Shown here: piece by piece, positions 56,869 through 64,000 of the stretch | Numbering within the stretch: position 1 is the first letter of the stretch | Layout: every line of letters starts with the position of its first letter | Assembly (NCBI GenBank): GCA_903859415.1 | Contig: CAIOMN010000187.1 | Span: forward strand, 2,837 to 66,836 | Direction: 5' to 3' | Source: an uncultured Methylococcaceae bacterium | GTDB lineage: Bacteria > Pseudomonadota > Gammaproteobacteria > Methylococcales > Methylomonadaceae | DNA: 64,000 bases | Translations under genes and position numbers: made by a program | The notes under the pieces: model-generated | Databases searched by the model: none | Told to the model about the DNA's origin: nothing | Seen by the model: the letters and a program-made list of their open reading frames with translations, nothing else

Positions 56869-57965
56869 GCACCATCATAACGTTTCACCCATTCATCATC
56901 CCATTGCCATAAACTAAACCGCCCCGTACCCAACAGTAAAATCCAGCTAATTGTAAAGATTAAGCTGGCGCCCAAAAAAGTAGGCGCAATATTGTCGAAA
57001 TACAGGCCAACGAACAGGAGTAAAATCATTGCACCTATACGTCCAGCCGTGCCGAACAGGATAAGTCCAAGACTCGCCAGAAGAATAAATAGCTTGATCC
57101 CTGCAAAGTTTCCTAAGACGTTAAAAAAATCACCATTGCTCGCAATCGGTATTAAAAGTAATACCAGTAGGCCACGTAAGCAGGGTTGAAAATACTGATA
57201 GCTTAGTTGATCCAGATTAATCACAAATCTGGGCTGTAACCAGCCGCAAACAACCCACCAATCCACGATAAAGCCGAATAGGACGGGTAACATAAATGCG
57301 ACGCCTGTAATTATGGTAAAAGGCGGGTTAAAGACAGGCCAAAGCACTACAGCAAACAAACCCATTTGAAATCCAGCTAAGGTACGACGAACCGGATTGG
57401 ACGGGGGATTAAAAAGTGGCAAGCCCCGTTGGCTACGGTAAGGATAACCCCAGCGATAAATATAATAAGCCGCGCTTAATAACAGATAAGAACTGTCTAT
57501 TCTACCTAAACTAATGGCAAGTAAAGGGGCGATCACCAGTCCAAAGGCATCAAAAGTGATATCGAGCTCACTGCCCAGCAAACTGACTTGTTTATTTTTA
57601 CGGGCAACAAAGCCATCGACGCGGTCGAGGATAGCGGCTATGGTGTAAAACAGAGCGGGAAGTAAATCATTAAATTCATTACCGTGAGGTAACAATAAAA
57701 AACCTCCGGTCATCGCGATCAGTAAGCCGCGCAAGATCGTTAAGCGATTACCCCAGCCTAACGTTTTATAAAGCGGGGCCTCGGCATACGGGCGGTTTAG
57801 TGAAAGTCGTAGTTTAATCTGCCATAACACAAATTCCCAAAGCAGGCTGGCTTGCAGTAGCCATCGTGTTGCATCAACTCCATCCTCAGTAAAAAATAAA
57901 TAGCCAAACCCGATCACTAAGATAGAGTAACCGATGATAGCTATTGCTTGTAGCTCATGTTTCAT
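56865..57965 (-). CDS. CDP-alcohol phosphatidyltransferase family protein with extended C-terminal membrane domain
   Basis: 366 aa. Signature D-G-x2-A-R-x8-G-x3-D-x3-D is present (LDRVDGFVARKNKQVSLLGSELDITFDAFG). Confidence 0.8.
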   Translation of the reverse strand: MKHELQAIAIIGYSILVIGFGYLFFTEDGVDATRWLLQASLLWEFVLWQIKLRLSLNRPYAEAPLYKTLGWGNRLTILRGLLIAMTGGFLLLPHGNEFNDLLPALFYTIAAILDRVDGFVARKNKQVSLLGSELDITFDAFGLVIAPLLAISLGRIDSSYLLLSAAYYIYRWGYPYRSQRGLPLFNPPSNPVRRTLAGFQMGLFAVVLWPVFNPPFTIITGVAFMLPVLFGFIVDWWVVCGWLQPRFVINLDQLSYQYFQPCLRGLLVLLLIPIASNGDFFNVLGNFAGIKLFILLASLGLILFGTAGRIGAMILLLFVGLYFDNIAPTFLGASLIFTISWILLLGTGRFSLWQWDDEWVKRYDGA

Positions 57966-58103
57966 AAAATCAATGTAAAATTATAACAGGCAGTGTATTA
58001 AGCTATTTTAATGCATCAAAGTGACTGACACCGGTTTAATTAAACTGAAATCATCAGGCACTATTGATCAATGTATTGAGCAAAGAAGAGGATAAATAAT
58101 AAG

Positions 58104-59714
58104 GTGGGACAACGCATAAAAATGGGTTTAAAACTAGCTGCGGTGCTGTTTATTTTTGTGGCATTGGTTATTCCCAATCGTATCAGTTTAATTACGCCTC
58201 TAAGTTTTAGGTCTTTTCCGGTTGAGCTGCTGTTAATCGGATTGACATTGTTGGCGCCTAATCCAGCCGGTTTTATCATTCGATGGCTCACCGCAGTGTT
58301 GTTAACCGTAGGAATCGTTTTAAAGCTCGCTGATATGGGGACTTATCAGTTTTTTGATCGGGCCTTTAATCCGGTGGTTGATAGTCATTTTTGGGCTGAT
58401 GGCTTAAATTTCCTGCAAGGTACGCTGGGTCAGATAGGGGCTTACTTAGTCGTGGCACTGTTGTGCGCTTTAATAGCCGGGATTCTTGTGCTGGTCTCTT
58501 ATGTTTTAAAGGTCATCCAACGATGTTTGCAGAAGATACCTAAACTCTCTAGCTTAGGATTAGGTGCGGGGGGCGGACTGTGGTTAATCCTGTTGTCTGT
58601 GGGAGCACAAACTGCCACGAGTCCTTTTTATCATTTAATGACTGAGCATGTGACTCAGACTTTCAGTACACTTGATGATCTAGCCTTATTTAATGAACAA
58701 CTCACCACTGATCATTATGCGATAGTGCCGGATGAGGCGCTGTTAAGTAAACTGAAAGGCAAGGATGTGCTGGTAGTGTTTATTGAATCTTATGGACGCA
58801 CGGTGTTGGATAAAGCCAGTTATGCCGAGCATGTTCGCCCCGTGCTAGAACAGGCTGCTCATGATCTAAGCGATAAAGGCTTCTATGCGCGGAGTGCTTA
58901 TTTAACGTCTCCGACTTATGGCGGTATTAGCTGGCTGGCGCATGGCACTTTAATGTCAGGTTTGTGGGTGAATAGTCAAACCCGTTACGACCGTTTAGTG
59001 GCGAGTGAAAGGCCCTCACTCAATCGCTTATTTAAAAGGGCAGGGTGGCGAACTGTAGCGGTACAGCCGGCTCACACTATGGCTTGGCCTCAAGGTGCAT
59101 ATTTTGGTTACGATCAGATTTATGCGGCTCAGGACTTGGGGTATCAGGGTAAGCCGTTCAATTGGATCACCATGCCGGATCAATATACGCTGTCGGCATT
59201 TCAGGCGAGGGAACGTCAATCAGGCAAGCGTGCATCGGTCATGGCCGAGATGGCCTTGATTTCATCCCATGCACCCTGGACCCCGTTACCGCATCTGGTT
59301 GACTGGAATCAGGTCGGTGATGGATCTGTTTTTATAGAGCAAGCCAATGCCGGTGAAAGCCCTGAAACGGTATGGAAAGAGACTGAACGTATTCGCGTGC
59401 AATACCGTAAATCCATTGAATATGCGCTTGCTAATATAGCGTCTTATATCGCGACCTATGGGGATGATAATCTGGTGGTGCTAGTATTAGGTGATCATCA
59501 ACCCGCGCCGTTTGTAACCGATGAATCAGAAAGTCGGGAGGTGATTGTGCATTTGATCAGTCATGATGCAAAGGTTATGGGCGCAGTAAAAGACTGGCAG
59601 TGGGCAGAGGGGTTGTTGCCGTCTAAGCAAACGCCTGTTTGGGGTATGGATAAGTTACGGGCGCAATTTATTGCGGCTTTTTCAGAAAAAATGTCTGGAG
59701 TGGTTGCAGATTGA
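58104..59714 (+). CDS. Membrane-anchored sulfatase/alkaline-phosphatase-superfamily protein (LTA-synthase / phosphoglycerol-transferase-like)
   Basis: 536 aa. Five N-terminal TM segments, then an extracytoplasmic domain with VVFIESYGR... and LGDHQP motifs. Start is GTG 58104 or ATG 58122. Confidence 0.65.
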   Translation: MGQRIKMGLKLAAVLFIFVALVIPNRISLITPLSFRSFPVELLLIGLTLLAPNPAGFIIRWLTAVLLTVGIVLKLADMGTYQFFDRAFNPVVDSHFWADGLNFLQGTLGQIGAYLVVALLCALIAGILVLVSYVLKVIQRCLQKIPKLSSLGLGAGGGLWLILLSVGAQTATSPFYHLMTEHVTQTFSTLDDLALFNEQLTTDHYAIVPDEALLSKLKGKDVLVVFIESYGRTVLDKASYAEHVRPVLEQAAHDLSDKGFYARSAYLTSPTYGGISWLAHGTLMSGLWVNSQTRYDRLVASERPSLNRLFKRAGWRTVAVQPAHTMAWPQGAYFGYDQIYAAQDLGYQGKPFNWITMPDQYTLSAFQARERQSGKRASVMAEMALISSHAPWTPLPHLVDWNQVGDGSVFIEQANAGESPETVWKETERIRVQYRKSIEYALANIASYIATYGDDNLVVLVLGDHQPAPFVTDESESREVIVHLISHDAKVMGAVKDWQWAEGLLPSKQTPVWGMDKLRAQFIAAFSEKMSGVVAD

Positions 59715-59941
59715 GTTTTTTTGTGCTGCAAGTCAGCTAATTTATTTAGCACTTACCCACAAACGCCTCTTGACAAATAAGATACGGTAACCAACCTTAC
59801 TAATACCTCATAAATGCCAGCAAATGATTCGTAAGTTATTGATTATTAATTAGGTAAGTATTTTGTATAACTATTACACAATCTAACTAATTTTAATAAA
59901 AATTATGCAGTTAGAGAGTTACTCAATCACTAATACACAGA

Positions 59942-59966
59942 CTTATCCACAGGTTCTGTGGATAAG
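59942..59966. promoter_or_regulatory. Perfect 11-bp-arm palindrome composed of two consensus DnaA boxes (TTATCCACA) in inverted orientation
   Basis: CTTATCCACAG (59942-59952) - GTT - CTGTGGATAAG (59956-59966). TTATCCACA lies on the plus strand at 59943-59951 and on the minus strand at 59957-59965. It is 57 nt downstream of the zorD stop, so it may equally act as a hairpin terminator. Confidence 0.5.
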
Positions 59967-60023
59967 TTTATAAGTTAATGGATTTAAGAAAGTTAGGCTT
60001 ATCACTTGCCTACAGTTTGATGA

Positions 60024-63000
60024 TTAATTATCAATAAATTTAAAAATTGATTCTGGTTTAAGGCTATCAGCTCCAGAAATTATCAAATTCCATTTAGAAC
60101 TCTCACTCCATCTTTTATCAGCTCCAGAAATCTTAGTCGCGTTTGTTATACCAATTTTGTAAATAGCACCCAATAAACCGATACAGTTATAATTTGTTGT
60201 AGCTCTTTCTAAATCAACGTTGAGTGTTGGTGTTTTATCAGGACTACTAACATGTTTACACTGAACAACACCGACAATTCTACCGTTCATTGATTCAATA
60301 ATCATATCAGCTCCTCCATCCCAAGACGCTGGAGTAGATCGTACTTGGTAACCTAATGATGGAGCAAATTTTTGAAGCCTTGTTAATATTAAATTCTCGA
60401 AATCTTTTCCTGAGATTACATAGCTATCTTGAATGCTAAAAGGAACATTTCTTTGCGCCTTAAATGTTTGTGATAACAACTCATCTAAAATTTCATCTGA
60501 ATCCGAAGTTGGAAGCAGCAAGTCTGCACTTCTTCTACGTTTTTCTTTAAGTAGTTGATTTAAGTTGAAGTCGAAACATTTTTCAATATTGGGATGAATT
60601 GCCATTGGATAATAAACATGAACTGGCAATTGCTGCCCGATTCTATAGATTCTATCGGTTGCTTGATCTTCAACAGCCGGGTTCCACCACCTTGTAAGAT
60701 GTATTACATGATTTGCTGAGGTCAGAGTAAGACCTACGCCTCCTGCTCTTGGTGAGAGTAACATGACATCAAAACGACCTTTATCCTTTTGAAAGGCATC
60801 AACTCTTTCTTGTCTCGCTCCGGAATTCACCTGTCCATTGATAACCATTGGTAAATTTTTTAGATGGTATCGATTTCTGATAATATCACATAAGAAGTCT
60901 GGCTTATGCCAGTCGCTATACTCAACAAAAATTAATGCTTTTTCATTTTTTTTATGGATTTCATCCAGAATATTAAAGCAGGCTTGCAAACGAGCTGATC
61001 CTTTAATGAAGTCGTTGTCAGTAGCATAAGCATTTTGTTTTTTATAATCAGGATGTAGTGAACAAGCTCTTAATCGTTGTAAAGCTTCTAGCATTGCCCC
61101 TCTCTGACCTTCAGAATTTTGAAAGTCTTTGATGACTTTGTCATAGACCCTTGCTTGCTCATCAGGCATATTAACTGGATATTCGTGAATATGTTTCTTA
61201 GGTAGACCTATCAGCTCTTTGTCTTTCATACGTCTAAGCATAAAAGCAGGAGCGATTTCAGTTGAGCCGGTTAAACGTTCACGTAGCTCTGTATTTCTCT
61301 CTACCGCGATACAGTCTCCTTCAAGCACAGATTTTTCATATTTATGACTGAATTCTTTAATAGATCCGAGCATGCCGGGTTGCAAAATATCCGCAATAGA
61401 CCATAAATCACACAAACGATTTTCAACTGGAGTACCGGTCATGCCGATCCAAAAATCACAGTTTAAGCTGCTAGCGGCTGTATAGTTCTGAATGCCAGGA
61501 TTTTTTAGTTTTTGCATTTCATCAAAAATGACAGATGCGAAATTGACAGCACCAAAACTAATTTGATATCGATTGAGCGTTTCATAAGTCGTTAGCACTA
61601 GTCCGGCGTCTCTAAGCCTAGTCGTATTGAGATGGTGATCGGATGCAATTGCTTTAATTCCTGAGCCATAAGCTCTCACTAAATTACCTAAGTCACAATG
61701 AAGATGGGTGTCTATTTCAGCTTCCCAGTTTTTTAGTAAGCCAGTTGGGGCAACAATTAATAATGGTTTTTCATGGATCTCACCATTATCCATACCGTCT
61801 CGTAGCCAGGAAAAAAACATGAGAGACTGAAAAGTTTTACCTAACCCCATGTCATCAGCCAGCAAAACACCTCTTGAACCTAATTTAAAGTTTTGACATA
61901 GCCAATTAAAACCATAAAGTTGATGCGGCTTGGGTTCGGTTCTGATGGTATTAGGTATTCCATCAGTTTTAGGATAATGCTCACGAGGGATTCTCTGAAC
62001 AATGTAGTCAAGTGTCTCTAGATTTTCTTTGACCAACATTATTGTTGGCATACCTTGCGATACTACTGGATCATTCTTTTGATAGTTTTCAGGGCTTTTG
62101 GGAATGAGTTGCTGAACAGCCGCTTTGGTTTCTGCGGTAACGGGGATTTGAACTTCGTTAAACTCAACAAATGGTATATTCGAACTTTGGGCGCGTTCGA
62201 TGTCATCAATGAGTGATTTTGCTTCGCTGGAAGAAAGCTCTATTTTTACCCCATTAATATCCAAGCCTTTTCGCATGTCTGGGAACTCACCTGAGGGAAT
62301 CCATTCTCCTGGTGGTAGTTGTAGCCAAGGTATAACCTTTGTCTGCCATTCGCCTAGTCCAATTACACGCTCAGAAAAAATTTGTTCAATCTCTTCATCA
62401 TCCACTATTCCATCTAAATATTCTTGAAGAACGGATTTAGGATTCTTTAAGAAATTTAATTTATCCTCTATAGATTGATTTTGAATTTTATGAACTATTT
62501 CAAGTGCTTTATTAAGTTGTTCACCAATAATGATGTATTTACCAACACCAATGCTGTAATAAGGAAGAAGTTTTGTACATTTATTAAAGTTATCCGCATA
62601 TCGATTTTGTTCACTGGGCGGCAATATGTTCTCAAAAGACAATTGCTTTGTATTATTACTTTCTCGTCTTCTTAGTAATATAGGTCGAATTTTATAGTCA
62701 TGGTCGCTTGGTATTGCTTCTATCCTAAATGCATTTGCATAAAAAAGCTTTAAGCTAGCTAGGTCAGATGATGCAGAGAATTTATGTTTTTCAGCATCTG
62801 GTAATAAGCTTTTGATGATTTCAAACTGAGCTAGTTGTTTTAATCTAGCTTGAGTCGACTCAGTATGATTGATTTCTGTTTGTAATAAATCCAAGCTCTC
62901 CGCTAACTTCCAAGCATGATAGGGAAGTGTGTGTTTCTTTTCGCCAATAGTTAGAAAACCAGAGGTTCGTTGACACTGGGTAATGGCTCTTCCACTACCA

Positions 63001-63380
63001 TTAATCCACTTGTAGCTTAATTTGTATTCGTTTTGATGTAGTAAACCGTGACTTTCCAAATGAATACCGCCATCAAATATCTCAGGTAGATTTAGTATTT
63101 TTTGTAAGTAACCTTCTTGGCCATTCAGTTCATTCATTAAAAATGAGAAAGGAAGTTCAATTGATGTTTCTGTCTTCTGAATGATGCCCTTATCATCCAT
63201 GTTTAAGATGTTGAGCAGCCAGATACAACCCTTATGAGTTGATTCACCCCATTCGTTTAATGGCTTAGGTAATTCTTTAGACATTAGTTGGAAACGGACG
63301 CGCCAGCATTCTTCAGAATTAAATTCATCAGCACAAAGCAAATCTTTTATTGGTTTCTTCTTATTAAATCCGAAAATCAC
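60024..63380 (-). CDS. zorD: ZorD-like SNF2-family helicase with C-terminal Mrr-like restriction-endonuclease domain (Zorya type I)
   Basis: 1118 aa. SNF2 motifs LLADDMGLGKTFQSL, DEMQKLKN, MTGTPVENRL, and helicase-C RAGGVGLTLTSANHVIHLTRWWNP...DRIYRIGQ. C-terminal GYQVRSTPASWDGGADMIIES...VVQCKH has Mrr_cat-like D...QxK. Overlaps the upstream EH-signature gene. Confidence 0.8.
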   Translation of the reverse strand: MIFGFNKKKPIKDLLCADEFNSEECWRVRFQLMSKELPKPLNEWGESTHKGCIWLLNILNMDDKGIIQKTETSIELPFSFLMNELNGQEGYLQKILNLPEIFDGGIHLESHGLLHQNEYKLSYKWINGSGRAITQCQRTSGFLTIGEKKHTLPYHAWKLAESLDLLQTEINHTESTQARLKQLAQFEIIKSLLPDAEKHKFSASSDLASLKLFYANAFRIEAIPSDHDYKIRPILLRRRESNNTKQLSFENILPPSEQNRYADNFNKCTKLLPYYSIGVGKYIIIGEQLNKALEIVHKIQNQSIEDKLNFLKNPKSVLQEYLDGIVDDEEIEQIFSERVIGLGEWQTKVIPWLQLPPGEWIPSGEFPDMRKGLDINGVKIELSSSEAKSLIDDIERAQSSNIPFVEFNEVQIPVTAETKAAVQQLIPKSPENYQKNDPVVSQGMPTIMLVKENLETLDYIVQRIPREHYPKTDGIPNTIRTEPKPHQLYGFNWLCQNFKLGSRGVLLADDMGLGKTFQSLMFFSWLRDGMDNGEIHEKPLLIVAPTGLLKNWEAEIDTHLHCDLGNLVRAYGSGIKAIASDHHLNTTRLRDAGLVLTTYETLNRYQISFGAVNFASVIFDEMQKLKNPGIQNYTAASSLNCDFWIGMTGTPVENRLCDLWSIADILQPGMLGSIKEFSHKYEKSVLEGDCIAVERNTELRERLTGSTEIAPAFMLRRMKDKELIGLPKKHIHEYPVNMPDEQARVYDKVIKDFQNSEGQRGAMLEALQRLRACSLHPDYKKQNAYATDNDFIKGSARLQACFNILDEIHKKNEKALIFVEYSDWHKPDFLCDIIRNRYHLKNLPMVINGQVNSGARQERVDAFQKDKGRFDVMLLSPRAGGVGLTLTSANHVIHLTRWWNPAVEDQATDRIYRIGQQLPVHVYYPMAIHPNIEKCFDFNLNQLLKEKRRRSADLLLPTSDSDEILDELLSQTFKAQRNVPFSIQDSYVISGKDFENLILTRLQKFAPSLGYQVRSTPASWDGGADMIIESMNGRIVGVVQCKHVSSPDKTPTLNVDLERATTNYNCIGLLGAIYKIGITNATKISGADKRWSESSKWNLIISGADSLKPESIFKFIDN

Positions 63381-64000
63381 GGTCTAGCATCCTTATGCCT
63401 GTTTCGTCATATATGAAATTAGCTAACTTTCTTTGCCAGCTATAAGTTTCGCTTTGCTGGTGACTAATTCCGTCTTGTTGATGAGTTGGAACAATTTGTC
63501 TTGATGCTCTTTTTAGAGCATGAGCATAATACTTAGGCAAATAGGTCGACGGACAGTATTGGTCGTGGCTTTTCCATGCACGGCATTTGCCGTTATGGCT
63601 CCATTCAACGATAATCAAATCCCTGATTCTTACAATTAGGACGCTTTGAGTTGAGTGGTTTCCACCTTCTAACTCACCTGCTGAGAAATTGGCCCCATAC
63701 AGTCGTCTAGCATAAAATTTTGCTTCTGGCCCAAAAGCTACCCAGGCTTCATCTAAATGCTTTTTGTCATCATACGCCTTCCAAAAAGCTCTACGATATT
63801 TCCATTGATGTTCTAACGCCATGGAATCAATAATAGAAAAAAACTGCTCTAAGCTTTCACTGATCATCCACCTGAAAAATAACTTTAAAGAGTCTTCATC
63901 TACAAATCGCCATCCGTTTTCTCTGTTGTTCGGCATACGAGGGTCTTTAAAATGCCTTATTAATAAGTTTTTTACTTCCTTACGTAGTTCATCATTTTTG
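63364..64000 (-). CDS. zorC: ZorC-like EH-signature-domain protein, C-terminal part (N-terminus beyond the right edge)
   Basis: The ORF track lists 63364-63936 from an internal Met, but the frame stays open to 64000 (…KNDELRKEVKNLLIRHFKDPR-MPNN…). Contains the IVEWSHNGKCRAW (E..H) signature. 17-nt overlap with zorD. Confidence 0.7.
   Translation of the reverse strand, partial: KNDELRKEVKNLLIRHFKDPRMPNNRENGWRFVDEDSLKLFFRWMISESLEQFFSIIDSMALEHQWKYRRAFWKAYDDKKHLDEAWVAFGPEAKFYARRLYGANFSAGELEGGNHSTQSVLIVRIRDLIIVEWSHNGKCRAWKSHDQYCPSTYLPKYYAHALKRASRQIVPTHQQDGISHQQSETYSWQRKLANFIYDETGIRMLDRDFRI

Noticed and set aside
1-64000. tRNA, rRNA, tmRNA or other classical RNA genes
   Set aside because: Scanning intergenic regions by eye found no T-loop/acceptor-stem signatures (GGTTCGAATCC-type) and no rRNA-like segments. 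All sizeable gaps are accounted for by the repeats and promoter regions described above.

Overview
64-kb chromosomal window from a moderately AT-rich, gammaproteobacterium-like genome. It is mostly housekeeping genes, bracketed by two defence loci. LEFT EDGE (1-5854, minus strand) holds the promoter-proximal part of a type III-B (Cmr) CRISPR-Cas locus. The order is DUF1874 (Crn2/AcrIII-1-like) ring-nuclease candidate, NE0113-family CARF protein, Csx1 (CARF-HEPN), Cmr1, then Cas10/Cmr2, which has an intact GGDD motif and no obvious HD and runs off the window. No CRISPR array, cas1/2 or cas6 is visible. An 85-bp promoter/operator cassette is duplicated in front of the two cas transcription units. 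The adjacent 750-bp non-coding region (about 5930-6690) is packed with the same AAACAA/TTGTTT half-site, both as perfect palindromes and as a phased 21-bp tandem array. I rate this the most unusual unexplained structure in the window. RIGHT EDGE (60024-64000, minus strand) holds the distal half of a type I Zorya system: the zorC 3' part and zorD, an SNF2 helicase with an Mrr-like nuclease tail. It is visibly more AT-rich and is bordered by a perfect palindrome made of two consensus DnaA boxes. IN BETWEEN there are several notable regions. (1) Two paralogous sets of the poorly understood transglutaminase / circularly permuted ATP-grasp / alpha-E / Anbu system (11.2-24.7 kb), interrupted by gltA and a TraL/ParA-like ATPase. 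(2) A decayed accessory patch abutting the 5' end of dusA, with relBE-type TA, an istB fragment, and truncated higB plus intact higA. (3) A ~150-bp structured repeat present twice in inverted orientation (16.1 and 33.6 kb) with a compensatory stem substitution. (4) A ribA / RibD-C-only / MDR / Cys-less PTPS operon next to a membrane-lipid head-group cluster (51.2-59.7 kb). The remaining genes are cstA, folE, hemH, purT, icd, bepA, tusDC, blc, a cytochrome c peroxidase, and a sulfatase/arylsulfotransferase pair. I recognised no rRNA, tRNA or CRISPR array. All family assignments come from motif reading and memory, not from database searches.
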